The position numbers and the translations under genes were made by a program. From Nitrospinaceae bacterium (GTDB lineage Bacteria > Nitrospinota > Nitrospinia > Nitrospinales > Nitrospinaceae), in NCBI GenBank assembly GCA_965237905.1, contig OZ250172.1, positions 640,001 to 704,000 on the forward strand: 64,000 bases of DNA. Reading direction: 5' to 3'. The stretch's first letter is position 1; every line of letters begins with the position of its first letter. The notes beneath the pieces were generated by a model. It was not told where the DNA came from. It saw only the letters and a list, made by a program, of their open reading frames with translations, and ran no database searches. Shown piece by piece: positions 41,178-50,845 of this stretch.

Positions 41178-43484
41178 TTAACTCAGGCCGGATTTGCGGC
41201 GTGTCCACCATTCCACCGCGAGGAATCCGACAATCAATCCATACGTCCACCAACTGTCCCACAGCGAAACCATCCGCGAACTGGATTTGATTTCCACTGC
41301 CGGATCGGGGAAAGTCAGGTCTTCGATCTCCGTTCCTTCCTCCAATACGCGATAACTGCCGCCGGTCACTTTCGACACAGTTTGAAGAAGCGTTTCGTTC
41401 ACCAGCGGTTTTTGAAATTCGATCTGCGGACTGAACACGATGAAACGGGTTTCGCCGGAGAGCACCTCGCCGCCGGTCGTCAGGAACACTTCCGCCGAAT
41501 AAAACCCTTCCCGGCCCGGCGCAAATTCGAACCGGCCTTCCCCGTGTTCGTCGGTTTTCACGATTTCCCTGATCAGTTCCTGTTCCTTCGGCAGGGAGTT
41601 CACCACAAGGTCCACCTCGACGCCGGGCAGAGGATTGTAATCTTGCCCGCTGACTTTAAAGTGGACCACGACTTTTTCATGCTCCCGGTATTTTTCCTTG
41701 TCGGTTTCCACTTGAATGGGATTGGTTTCCGGCTCGCCGGTCATCCAGGCGATGACGTTTTCCCAGAACTTCTGGTAATACCGTCCGCTACCGCCCTCCC
41801 CCACGCGCAGAAAATTCCAGTTCCACGAGGAGTCGGTAGCAATGGCCATGGTGCGTCCTTCCTCCACCTGACGCGTAACCAGCACCGGATAACTGGCTTT
41901 ATTTTTCCGGGTGGTACTCAGCACATACGCCCCCTTCGCCGGAACCAAACCAATATTGATTCCCTGAATCGGAGGCAGTGATTTCCAGGCCTTCGCATTC
42001 TGCTTCGGATCGTTTTCCAACCGGAGCACGGGATGATGAGCGAGCTTCGGTTGCACTTTCATCTGTAATTCTCCCAGCAGAAACTTTTTAGACTCGCCCC
42101 GGATACGCATCGGGAGAATATCTTCCACCGGGGTGCGGTCGTATCCACCGTTTTCAAACGAGAGGTCGCCGCCGATCATCAGAAACGCCCCGCCCTGCTC
42201 CACGTACTCCTTGATGTTAGGCAGGTTTTTCTTGTCGATGAACGGGGAAAATTTGAAGTTGTGAAAAATAACCAGATCGAACGAGTTGAGATAATCGCTG
42301 AACAGGAGATTGGAGGGGAACGGAATCAAACTCAACTCGGAAGTGGAGGCACCCACGTCGTCGGTCAGCGTTCGCAAAATGAAGAAAGACAGTAAATCCA
42401 CCTTGGGATTGTTAGCGAGCGTTTCCCTCAAAAAACGCGAGTCCCACGAGGGCCGGCCATTGAGATGAAGCACACGTACCCGGTCGCGGATCACCTTGAC
42501 CTCAAAACTCCAGCGGTTGTTGACCTCCACCGCCTCGCCCGCAAACACGGGGACTGAAAGCGTGTAAATGCGTTTACCGAGAGACGCCGGTGTGAATTGA
42601 AGCTCCGCAGTGTATTGTGAATCCTCTTCTTTCAATGAAACGATTTTTGAAACCAGAATTTTATCGCCTTCTTTCAACACCAGTGGAATATTTTTTTTGC
42701 CGATGGACCGCGCAGAAACCGTTACCGCAATATTCAGCGGCTGATAAACAAATCCGAAATCCGTTGCATCCACTTTTTTTTCGATGGCTAGGTCCTTGAA
42801 CCCTTCGTTGCCTCCCGCCTGAAAGGTATGCACCGGCCCGTTCAACCGGGTCAGCGTTTCCGTAAATTCTGGAGAAATGCCGGATGGGTCCTGGGTGAGG
42901 TCGGCGCCGTCGGAAAACAGAAGGACACCCTGCAAGGATTTGCCTTCGTAATTTTCCGTCATATCCAAAAATACCTGATGCAGATCGGTATTGACTGCCT
43001 GTTCCTGATAGCCGGTTACCACATTCGAAAGCGGAACCGGGTCGATTTGATCCGAGGCAAAAAAGAAATCCACTTCATAATCGTGCTTCAACGTTTCAAA
43101 ATATTCCCTGTTGTCTTCCATCACCTTGCGCACCAGATCACCCCGGGATTTTTCGGAAGGAAGGGTTTTGATCGTCATGCTTTTGCTGTCATCGAGTAGA
43201 ACGGCGACGATATTTTTCAAAGGCTGGATTTTTTTGAACTCCAGTTGGGGTTGCAGAACCACCACCGCCACCAACAGCAGGACGACCACCCGCAGAGCAT
43301 AAAGAACCGTTTTCTTCCGGAGGGAACGGACCCGCGAAAGACTGGTCCAGAAAAACCATAGAGACAGAACGATCAACACTCCCAGAAAAGCAAAGGTGCC
43401 CCCCCAGACGTCCGATGTCCAGTGCAACTCCCAGGCGTTGTATTCGCTCCACTCTTCGCCCCATAGGGTAGCCAGCCAGTTCAC
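41178..43484 (-). CDS. Membrane protein with vWA-like and glutamine-amidotransferase-like domains
   Basis: LLDDSKSM MIDAS-like motif, LLFSDG, GGAFLMIGG and C-terminal EWWTRRKSGL. Confidence 0.75.
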   Translation of the reverse strand: MNWLATLWGEEWSEYNAWELHWTSDVWGGTFAFLGVLIVLSLWFFWTSLSRVRSLRKKTVLYALRVVVLLLVAVVVLQPQLEFKKIQPLKNIVAVLLDDSKSMTIKTLPSEKSRGDLVRKVMEDNREYFETLKHDYEVDFFFASDQIDPVPLSNVVTGYQEQAVNTDLHQVFLDMTENYEGKSLQGVLLFSDGADLTQDPSGISPEFTETLTRLNGPVHTFQAGGNEGFKDLAIEKKVDATDFGFVYQPLNIAVTVSARSIGKKNIPLVLKEGDKILVSKIVSLKEEDSQYTAELQFTPASLGKRIYTLSVPVFAGEAVEVNNRWSFEVKVIRDRVRVLHLNGRPSWDSRFLRETLANNPKVDLLSFFILRTLTDDVGASTSELSLIPFPSNLLFSDYLNSFDLVIFHNFKFSPFIDKKNLPNIKEYVEQGGAFLMIGGDLSFENGGYDRTPVEDILPMRIRGESKKFLLGELQMKVQPKLAHHPVLRLENDPKQNAKAWKSLPPIQGINIGLVPAKGAYVLSTTRKNKASYPVLVTRQVEEGRTMAIATDSSWNWNFLRVGEGGSGRYYQKFWENVIAWMTGEPETNPIQVETDKEKYREHEKVVVHFKVSGQDYNPLPGVEVDLVVNSLPKEQELIREIVKTDEHGEGRFEFAPGREGFYSAEVFLTTGGEVLSGETRFIVFSPQIEFQKPLVNETLLQTVSKVTGGSYRVLEEGTEIEDLTFPDPAVEIKSSSRMVSLWDSWWTYGLIVGFLAVEWWTRRKSGLS

Positions 43485-44245
43485 TTGGGGTTGACCCTCC
43501 GCAGGCGTTCGAGAATGATAGGCAGATGCACCATGTCCTTTTTGTAATCCAACGTCAGCGCGTACATCATGATGTTGACGCCCAGTCTTAGACTCAACTT
43601 CCTCTGCCGGTTACCGCCGCCGATCATGTCGAAATCCCAGTGCCCCAGCTTGCTTTTGGACCAGGCCCCGCCGAGATCGTTGGCGGAATACACCAGAACG
43701 GTACGCCCTTTGGTGGTGATTCCTTCCAGATACGGTTTGTTCACCACCCGGCCCACCACCTGATTGATCAGATAAAAGGAGCGAAATATGGAGTGATCCC
43801 GGGAAATCCGTTGCAGGGGAATGCGCGGGAACAAACGGCCGATCATCCTTCGGACCGATTTATCGAACTCAGAATTGGGCTTCGAGGAATTGTCGTCGAT
43901 TAACAGAAATCCGCCGTAGGTCAGGTGATTGCGCAGGGCTTTCAATTCTTTTTCACTGAACGGTTTGAAAGCCTTGTTGCCGCCCATATAAATGAAGGGA
44001 TACCGGTACAACCGGGTATCCCCCGGTTTCAGGAATAGCGGAGCCCGTTTGACTTCGACTGAAGTGCGTTTGGCCATCTGCGCCAGCAGGCTTTCCACCG
44101 CGTGAGGCCGGGGATTGTAGGTGCCGCCCTTATATTTGATTTGAGGGATGACGACCTTCGACGCCTCGCCCAAAGCGAACGCCGGACAGGGAATCAGGAT
44201 GCCCGCCTGAAGGCAGACCGTTAGAATGAGAAAGTTCAACCGCAC
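43481..44245 (-). CDS. DUF4159 domain protein
   Basis: YPFIYMGG, LRxxLxxGGFLLIDD, HSIFRSFY and LGVNIMMYALT motifs. Confidence 0.85.
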   Translation of the reverse strand: MRLNFLILTVCLQAGILIPCPAFALGEASKVVIPQIKYKGGTYNPRPHAVESLLAQMAKRTSVEVKRAPLFLKPGDTRLYRYPFIYMGGNKAFKPFSEKELKALRNHLTYGGFLLIDDNSSKPNSEFDKSVRRMIGRLFPRIPLQRISRDHSIFRSFYLINQVVGRVVNKPYLEGITTKGRTVLVYSANDLGGAWSKSKLGHWDFDMIGGGNRQRKLSLRLGVNIMMYALTLDYKKDMVHLPIILERLRRVNPK

Positions 44246-44406
44246 TGGATCATACCCACAGAGGATTCATGAAAGAGCCTGTTCTTTTGCAATCATACCA
44301 AATTCCCGTGCTACGGGGTGCCGGACCTTCTCAAATTATTTTTGCGGGGGTTTGGAGGGGTGGTATAGTCATATTCAAATTGCTGTGATTTTAACCGGGA
44401 AAACTG

Positions 44407-45501
44407 ATGAAACGTACTGTTCTACTCAATCCGGGGCCCGTCAATGTGACCGAGCGGGTCCGCCAGGCCCTGCTGAAACCGGACTTGTGCCACCGGGAAA
44501 AGGAGTTTTCGGATCTGATGCAGTCGATCCGCTCCAAACTGGTTCGCGCCTTCGGAATCGAAAACGATTACGATGCCGTGTTGACCACGGGCTCCGGGAC
44601 CGCCGCTCTGGAAATGGCGGTATCCTCTTGTCTCGGCGCGGGTCAATCCATGCTGGTGATCCGCAACGGCGTCTACGGCGACCGCATCGCCGCCATGGCG
44701 GAAGCGTACGGATTCAACATCCAGTGTCTCGACACTCCTTGGGGCGAGCCGCCCATTCTGGACGATATCGAGCAAACGTTGAAGCAGAATCCCAAAATTG
44801 AAGTGGTCGCCCTGGTGCATCACGAAACAACCACGGGACTACTCAACCCGGTTCATGAAATCGGAGAGTTGGTCCAGAAATATAAAAAACGGTTTCTGGT
44901 AGACAGTATCAGCAGTCTCGCAGGCGATGCTCTGGATTTCAATCGCGCCGGCGTCGATTTGTGCGTGGGCACCGCCAACAAATGCCTGCAGGGCCTGCCT
45001 GGCGTCTCATTCGTGCTGGTGCGCAAAACCGAACTGCCCCGGCTGGAGACAATTCCCGAGCGCTCCCATTATTTCAATTTGTATAAAAATCACCAGGTCC
45101 AGGAAAAAGGCGACACCCTGTTCACTCCGGCGGTGCAGATTCATTACGCGCTCGATGCCGCGCTGGATGAGCTGATTGAAGAAACGGTCCAAGGCCGGAT
45201 CCAACGGTACCGCCAGGCGGCGGCGATGCTTCGCAAAGGATTCCGGGAAATGGGATTGGAGACCATCGTTCCCGAAGGGCGCGGGTCCAACACCCTGACT
45301 GCGCTGAAACTGCCGGAAGGTGTCACCTACCAAGGGTTGCATGATCGTTTGAAGGAAAAAGGGTTTGTCATTTATGCGGGCCAGAAGAAACTGAGCGAAA
45401 GTATTTTCCGCATCGCCAACATGGGAGACATCACCACGGAAGAATTCCAGCGCCTGCTCGACACGCTCAAGAATTGCCTTTCGGCTTCCACTCCATCTTA
45501 G
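44407..45501 (+). CDS. Class V aminotransferase, 2-aminoethylphosphonate transaminase-like
   Basis: LLNPGPV, HHETTTG, DSISS, ANKCLQGLPG and GFVIYAGQ...FRIANMG motifs. Confidence 0.8.
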   Translation: MKRTVLLNPGPVNVTERVRQALLKPDLCHREKEFSDLMQSIRSKLVRAFGIENDYDAVLTTGSGTAALEMAVSSCLGAGQSMLVIRNGVYGDRIAAMAEAYGFNIQCLDTPWGEPPILDDIEQTLKQNPKIEVVALVHHETTTGLLNPVHEIGELVQKYKKRFLVDSISSLAGDALDFNRAGVDLCVGTANKCLQGLPGVSFVLVRKTELPRLETIPERSHYFNLYKNHQVQEKGDTLFTPAVQIHYALDAALDELIEETVQGRIQRYRQAAAMLRKGFREMGLETIVPEGRGSNTLTALKLPEGVTYQGLHDRLKEKGFVIYAGQKKLSESIFRIANMGDITTEEFQRLLDTLKNCLSASTPS

Positions 45502-45508
45502 GATTGCA

Positions 45509-46174
45509 ATGAGTCTTTACGCGTTGATGAATAGTTATGCCCAGAGCCGCGGTCAGCGCCCCGATTCGGAACTGCCTGCCGGGGAACTCGGCAAAAGCCT
45601 GGCTCTGTTTCACAATTGCCTGATCGAATCGGGGATGGAGCATTCCGGGGAAACGGGCAACCGCATCGTTACGGCGGGACCGGAAAGCCTTCTGCCCATG
45701 CACCTGAGCCGGTTTGTGGTGGGATTTCTGCCGTTCAACGCCGTGTCCACCAAAACCGAAACGAACGAAATCTTATTCGACCTGTTTTCTTTTCTCCGCT
45801 GGCTGGAGAAGAAAGACATCCAACATGGTCTAGCCAAAATCGATTTTCAGAAAACGGTGCAGGCGTTAAACGGTGCCCAGGACCGTTGCCTGCAACTCAG
45901 CCATTTTCTGGATGACGAAACCGGCCGCGTTCTGGAGGAACCGCCCCGCATCATAGAAACCATTAATGACGTTTTTATGGTGATCAAAATCGACGGAGAT
46001 TATATTTATCTTCAGGGCCGCCAGCAGGAAGACCCCATCCGCGTTCGTCTGCCCGCTGAAATCATGAATCTCGTCCGCCTCAACGACAATCTCGATCTGG
46101 TCCTGGGCGACACTTCGGAGCGTTGGGTGGTATTGGAAGCAGGGCAAGTCTTTCCCGAGTCTCAAGCCGGGTAA
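45509..46174 (+). CDS. Hypothetical protein
   Basis: 221-aa ORF starting 7 nt after the aminotransferase stop, with host-like codon usage. Confidence 0.75.
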   Translation: MSLYALMNSYAQSRGQRPDSELPAGELGKSLALFHNCLIESGMEHSGETGNRIVTAGPESLLPMHLSRFVVGFLPFNAVSTKTETNEILFDLFSFLRWLEKKDIQHGLAKIDFQKTVQALNGAQDRCLQLSHFLDDETGRVLEEPPRIIETINDVFMVIKIDGDYIYLQGRQQEDPIRVRLPAEIMNLVRLNDNLDLVLGDTSERWVVLEAGQVFPESQAG

Positions 46175-46215
46175 TATTTCATTTCGTATTTCACCCTTTT
46201 ATAAGGAGTGCCACC

Positions 46216-46992
46216 ATGAAACGTGTAGCCATCGGACTTGCCGCTTTGGTCGTCATCCTGGTTGTCGGCGTCCTTGTCCTTTATTCTTCCCTAGGGGCGA
46301 TTATCACCAAAGCCGTCAATACCACAGGACCGGAAATCATCCAGGCGAAAGTGAATTTGGATGAAACGGTCATCGATACCACCTCTGGAAAAGGTTCCAT
46401 GCACGGTTTGTTCATCGGCAATCCCGAAGGTTTCGAAACCGAAAGCGCCTTCAAAATGGATAAAATCGAAATAGCCCTGGACACGGCTTCGGTCACCTCG
46501 GATACGATCGTCATCAATGAAATTAACATTCAGGCTCCCGAAGTTACTTACGAACTGGGAGGCGGCGGAAGCAATATCGACGCCATCCAAAAGAATGTCG
46601 ACGCCTTTGTCAAAAAACATGTCGGGGCTTCGGACTCCAAAGAAAAGAGTGAGACAAAAGAAGGCGGAACCAAAATGGTGATTGATCATGTGTATGTGAA
46701 AGGCGGCAAGGTGAATATCAGCGCCACTCTGCTCGGCGGCAAGTCTATGACCGTGCCACTGCCCGATATTCACCTGAAAGACCTTGGCAAGAAAGAAAAT
46801 GGTGCAACTCCCGGTGAGGTGGTCAAATCCATTATCGGCGCTTTGAATAAATCCATTGTTAAAGCCGTAGCGCCACTCAATCTGGATAAAGTGGGTGAGG
46901 TCACAGGGAAAGCGGTCGAAGGGGTTAAGGACACGCTTAAAAAAGGGACCGAAGGCGTGACCGATTCGATGAAGGGTATTTTCGGAAAATAA
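46216..46992 (+). CDS. AsmA/DUF748-like membrane-anchored protein
   Basis: AGGAG ribosome-binding site, N-terminal anchor, IGNPEGF and LPDIHLKDLG. Confidence 0.65.
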   Translation: MKRVAIGLAALVVILVVGVLVLYSSLGAIITKAVNTTGPEIIQAKVNLDETVIDTTSGKGSMHGLFIGNPEGFETESAFKMDKIEIALDTASVTSDTIVINEINIQAPEVTYELGGGGSNIDAIQKNVDAFVKKHVGASDSKEKSETKEGGTKMVIDHVYVKGGKVNISATLLGGKSMTVPLPDIHLKDLGKKENGATPGEVVKSIIGALNKSIVKAVAPLNLDKVGEVTGKAVEGVKDTLKKGTEGVTDSMKGIFGK

Positions 46993-47250
46993 AATCCGGG
47001 ATCAACAGACTGTGGCCCGTGGCGTTAAAGGTTTTCGGTTCAAGAGCCTGGCGGGAATGATTTCTTGATCTGTTCTCCTTAATACCTGAATGCAAAGCGA
47101 ATATCGGATCACGGGGTTCTGCCGGCCCCGAACATTTCCTTGAAAAAGGCCGGGAAATGTTTTAAAAAGCCCTCTACACTGCATCGGTGGACTTCTGGCA
47201 TTTTTAAAACCCCGGGTCTGCCAACACTCTAGAATCCAAGGATTTCCCAA

Positions 47251-48777
47251 TTGACCGCTGTCATCAATTTTGAAGACATGAACTGGCAGGCCATCGCGCC
47301 GGAACTGATTCTGGTGCTCACCGCCTTCACCGTTCTGTTGATGGGACTGCTCAAAACCTACAACAACAATTCGTACTTGTCGAAGGCATCCTCGGTCGGC
47401 ATCCTGACCGCTTTAGGCTATACCTTTTACTTATGGGGCCTGGCTCCCTCCATCAGCGACGGTACCAGCCCGGCGATCTTCAGCGGATCGCTGTTGTTCG
47501 ACAAATTTTCGCAAAGCTTCAACATCATCTTCCTCTTGATGTCCTTGTTCGCTGTCATGGCGGCGGTGCGTTATCCCAAACCCAACAACGAAAACAAGTC
47601 CGAATATTTCTGCCTCGTGTTGATGGCTGTGGTCGGCATGATGTTCCTGGCCAAGTCCGGCAATTTGATCACCGCGTTCATCTCTCTGGAAATCTTTTCC
47701 ATTTCCTTATATATCCTGTGCGGTTTTTCCGCCAAGCACGGCAAGGGCACCGAACAGCCGGGCGATGCCCAACACCTCGACTGGGAAACGCTGGCATCAC
47801 AGGAGTCCACCGTCAAATATCTGCTGATGGACGCATTCGCTTCAGCCATTCTGGTCTACGGCATGGCGTTGATGTACGCGGGCACGGGCACCACGGAAAT
47901 CCGGGAAATCGGCCATCTGCTGGAGACCAACCCGTACAGCCAGAACAAACTGCTTTATATCGGAATGGGTCTGACGTTTTGCGGCCTCGCGTTCAAGGTG
48001 TCACTGGTGCCGTTTCATGCGTGGACGCCCGACGTCTACCAGGGCGCGCCGACGCCGATCACTGGCTTCATGTCGGTGGCGACCAAAGCCGCGGCGTATT
48101 CGCTGATCGCCCGCATCTTTTTTATCGCCCTGCCCAGCCTGGAAGAAATCTGGATGCCCTTCCTGTTCGGCATCTCGGTCATTACAATGCTGGTCGGCAA
48201 CACGGCGGCCATCTTTCAGAATGATGTCAAACGCATGCTGGCCTATTCCGGTGTGGCGCACGCGGGATACCTGCTGATCGGTATCGTCGCCAACAGCCAG
48301 GACGGCGTGGCGAGCATTTTGTTTTACCTGGGCGTGTACCTGTTCATGAACATCGGCGCGTTCGCCGTGGTGTACATGCTGGAAGGCGAAGGCGAGCAGG
48401 CGAACTCCATCAACCGCTTCAAGGGACTGGCCAAGCGCAAACCGTATCTGGCCGCGGCGATGAGTTTGTTCATGCTGTCCCTCGCCGGATTCCCGCCCAC
48501 CGCCGGGTTCTTCGGAAAGTTATACGTGTTCCTCGCCGCCATCAAACAAGGCTATGTGTTGATTGCCATCCTGGCCGTGGTCGCCAGCATGATCGCCGTG
48601 TACTTCTACCTGCGCGTGATTGCCATGATGTACTTCCAGGAAGACGAGTCCGAGGAAACGATCCACACCAGCCGTGGCATGACCGCCATCGTCGCCGTCA
48701 GCTCCGTCGCCATCCTCGCCATCGGCCTGTTCCCCTCCAAACTCATGCAACTCGCCCTCGCCTCCATCCCGTTTTAG
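47251..48777 (+). CDS. nuoN: NADH-quinone oxidoreductase subunit N
   Basis: FKVSLVPFHAWTPDVYQGAPTP, KRMLAYS and SLAGFPPTAGFFGK motifs. Confidence 0.96.
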   Translation: MTAVINFEDMNWQAIAPELILVLTAFTVLLMGLLKTYNNNSYLSKASSVGILTALGYTFYLWGLAPSISDGTSPAIFSGSLLFDKFSQSFNIIFLLMSLFAVMAAVRYPKPNNENKSEYFCLVLMAVVGMMFLAKSGNLITAFISLEIFSISLYILCGFSAKHGKGTEQPGDAQHLDWETLASQESTVKYLLMDAFASAILVYGMALMYAGTGTTEIREIGHLLETNPYSQNKLLYIGMGLTFCGLAFKVSLVPFHAWTPDVYQGAPTPITGFMSVATKAAAYSLIARIFFIALPSLEEIWMPFLFGISVITMLVGNTAAIFQNDVKRMLAYSGVAHAGYLLIGIVANSQDGVASILFYLGVYLFMNIGAFAVVYMLEGEGEQANSINRFKGLAKRKPYLAAAMSLFMLSLAGFPPTAGFFGKLYVFLAAIKQGYVLIAILAVVASMIAVYFYLRVIAMMYFQEDESEETIHTSRGMTAIVAVSSVAILAIGLFPSKLMQLALASIPF

Positions 48778-48823
48778 CAAAACTCCAGCCCCATTCTTTC
48801 AAGACAATATTTAAAAACAATTG

Positions 48824-48930
48824 ACCACAGATGAACACAGATAAACACCGATAAAACATAGATCCTTCGCTTCACTCAGGGTGACAGGTTTTCCCATTCA
48901 TCCGGTTCATCCTGTTATCCTGTCAAAATA
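48824..48930. repeat. Second composite REP-like cluster
   Basis: Three 10-bp tandem units (cacagatgaa/cacagataaa/caccgataaa), agatccttcgcttcactcagggtgaca, and tcctgttatcctgtcaaaata shared with 17823-17843. Confidence 0.7.
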
Positions 48931-48940
48931 GGTTTGGGTT

Positions 48941-50137
48941 GTGCCCTTCAAAATTTCCTGCGACAATTTGAGTATGAGATGCCTTACCACTTTCATCGCT
49001 CTATGTGCGTTGTGGGGAAGCGCCTGTGCGCCGGAACCCCAACAGATCGAAAAACACATCGAACAATACCAGGCACGGATCGCCGTCGACCCCAACAACA
49101 CGGAGGTTCATTACCAGTTGGGGCACGCCCACCTGACGCTCGGCAGGTATGAGCAGGGGGTGAACCATTTGAAAGACGCCGTGCGCCTGAGTAAAAAGCA
49201 TGCGTTGGCCCACCGCGACCTCGGCTGGGCGTTGTACCGACTCAAAGAATACCGGGCGGCGGAACCCTGGCTCCTCAAGGCGCTGGAGATGAAACCACGC
49301 GACCGCGCCACCCTCTCCACCCTGAGCGCGGTGTACATCGGTCAAAAACGATACCGCGAGGCGGTTGATCTGTTGAAACCGTTTGTCGACACCGGGCGGG
49401 GCACGGTGCCCATCCACAACAACCTGGTGGCGGCTTACCGACATCTGGGATTGTACCCGTTAGCAACCGAACAACTTCATCAAGCACTGAAAAAAAATCC
49501 GGACTCGGCAGGATCGCATAACAACCTGGGAGTCCTTTTGGGAAAAACGGGACAACCGGAACAGGCGCTGGCCGAATACCGGATTGCGTTGACCCTCGAC
49601 CCCGGATACGGGTCGGCGCACTTCAACCTGGCTGTCGCTTTGACACAGCAAGGGAAGAGTGATGAAGCGTTAAATCATTTCCGCATCGCGCAACAGGCAC
49701 ATCCCCACGATCCGAAAATTCTGGCGGGGCTGGGCTGGACTTATCACAAGCTGAACCGGTATCGACCCGCCATCGGGTTTTACGAAGAATCGGTGCGATT
49801 GGCGCCTTCCAATTTACAGGCACAGCAGGCCCTGGGCGAGTTGTGGGACATCACCCAACACTACAGCCGGGCCATCGACGCCTACGAAGCCGCCGCCGGA
49901 CTGGACCCGGAAGGACCGGACAATTATTATCACCTGGGACGGTTGAACGATCATTTGAAGGCGGGAGAAAAAGCGGTGGCGTATATGGCGCTGGCGGAAT
50001 CGTTGTACCGGAAAAAACGCAACGTGGAAATGGCGGCGCACTGCAGTAAGAATATTTCCATCCTGGCGAAAAAGTATAAATTCAAAAGAAAAAAATTACA
50101 CCGATTAACCCGGCCCCGTCAATCCCTGGCAGGTTGA
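48941..50137 (+). CDS. Tetratricopeptide-repeat (lipo)protein
   Basis: Repeated HNNLG/HFNLA/YHLG TPR units; likely start at ATG 48974 with a lipobox-like GSAC. Confidence 0.85.
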   Translation: MPFKISCDNLSMRCLTTFIALCALWGSACAPEPQQIEKHIEQYQARIAVDPNNTEVHYQLGHAHLTLGRYEQGVNHLKDAVRLSKKHALAHRDLGWALYRLKEYRAAEPWLLKALEMKPRDRATLSTLSAVYIGQKRYREAVDLLKPFVDTGRGTVPIHNNLVAAYRHLGLYPLATEQLHQALKKNPDSAGSHNNLGVLLGKTGQPEQALAEYRIALTLDPGYGSAHFNLAVALTQQGKSDEALNHFRIAQQAHPHDPKILAGLGWTYHKLNRYRPAIGFYEESVRLAPSNLQAQQALGELWDITQHYSRAIDAYEAAAGLDPEGPDNYYHLGRLNDHLKAGEKAVAYMALAESLYRKKRNVEMAAHCSKNISILAKKYKFKRKKLHRLTRPRQSLAG

Positions 50138-50147
50138 GCGATAGCCG

Positions 50148-50585
50148 TCACCGTTCCAGAATAAAAGTAACGGGACCGTCGTTGACGATATCGACCTGCA
50201 TGTGGGCACCGAACCGGCCTTCCTGAATGTTCAGCTTTGACTCAGCGAGTTTTTTCACAAAGTTTTGGTACAATCGTTCCGCCTCTTCGGGAGCGGCGGC
50301 GTTGTCGAATCCCGGCCGCCGCCCGCGGGAACAATCGCCTGCCAGGGTGAACTGGGACACCACGAGAACCTCACCTTTCACATCGAGGCAGGAACGATTC
50401 ATCTTCCCTTGATCGTCGGCGAAAATTCTCAGGTTGAGCGCCTTTTCAGCAAGAGCATTCACGGCTTCGTCGCTATCCCCCTTTTCCGCGCCGAACAGGA
50501 TCATTAATCCCTTGCCGATCTCACCGACCACTTCGTCGTCCACGGTCACGGAAGAGCGAAGCACTCTCTGCAATACGATTTTCAT
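50148..50585 (-). CDS. dtd: D-aminoacyl-tRNA deacylase
   Basis: VLQRV, VSQFTL, GRRP and NDGPVT motifs. Confidence 0.97.
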   Translation of the reverse strand: MKIVLQRVLRSSVTVDDEVVGEIGKGLMILFGAEKGDSDEAVNALAEKALNLRIFADDQGKMNRSCLDVKGEVLVVSQFTLAGDCSRGRRPGFDNAAAPEEAERLYQNFVKKLAESKLNIQEGRFGAHMQVDIVNDGPVTFILER

Positions 50586-50607
50586 AAAAGAATGACGTCA
50601 GAAAAGG

Positions 50608-50790
50608 TCAACGGGCATTAAAAAACCGCTGATCGGTGCCCTGCGGCCCGATCGCAACATTAACTTTGGCGTAACAGAGAGGACACCGGCCCTCGTAGGC
50701 GTTGCCGTCTTTATTGATATAGATGCGGCGGTACACCTTGCAACACTCGAACAGGATGCCGATAAATTTTTTATCTTTCTGCGGTTTCAT
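50608..50790 (-). CDS. Small cysteine-rich (zinc-ribbon-like) hypothetical protein
   Basis: FECCKVY...GRCPLC; fits between the neighbouring minus-strand genes. Confidence 0.7.
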   Translation of the reverse strand: MKPQKDKKFIGILFECCKVYRRIYINKDGNAYEGRCPLCYAKVNVAIGPQGTDQRFFNAR

Positions 50791-50845
50791 ACCTCGCCCA
50801 TGACTGGAACCCCGATCTCCCGGTGATCGTGTTAGCTCTTAATCA

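Noticed and set aside
47225..47252. Shared ggatttcc(c)aatt word upstream of both nuoN and nuoA
   Set aside because: Too short and imperfect to distinguish from chance without comparative data
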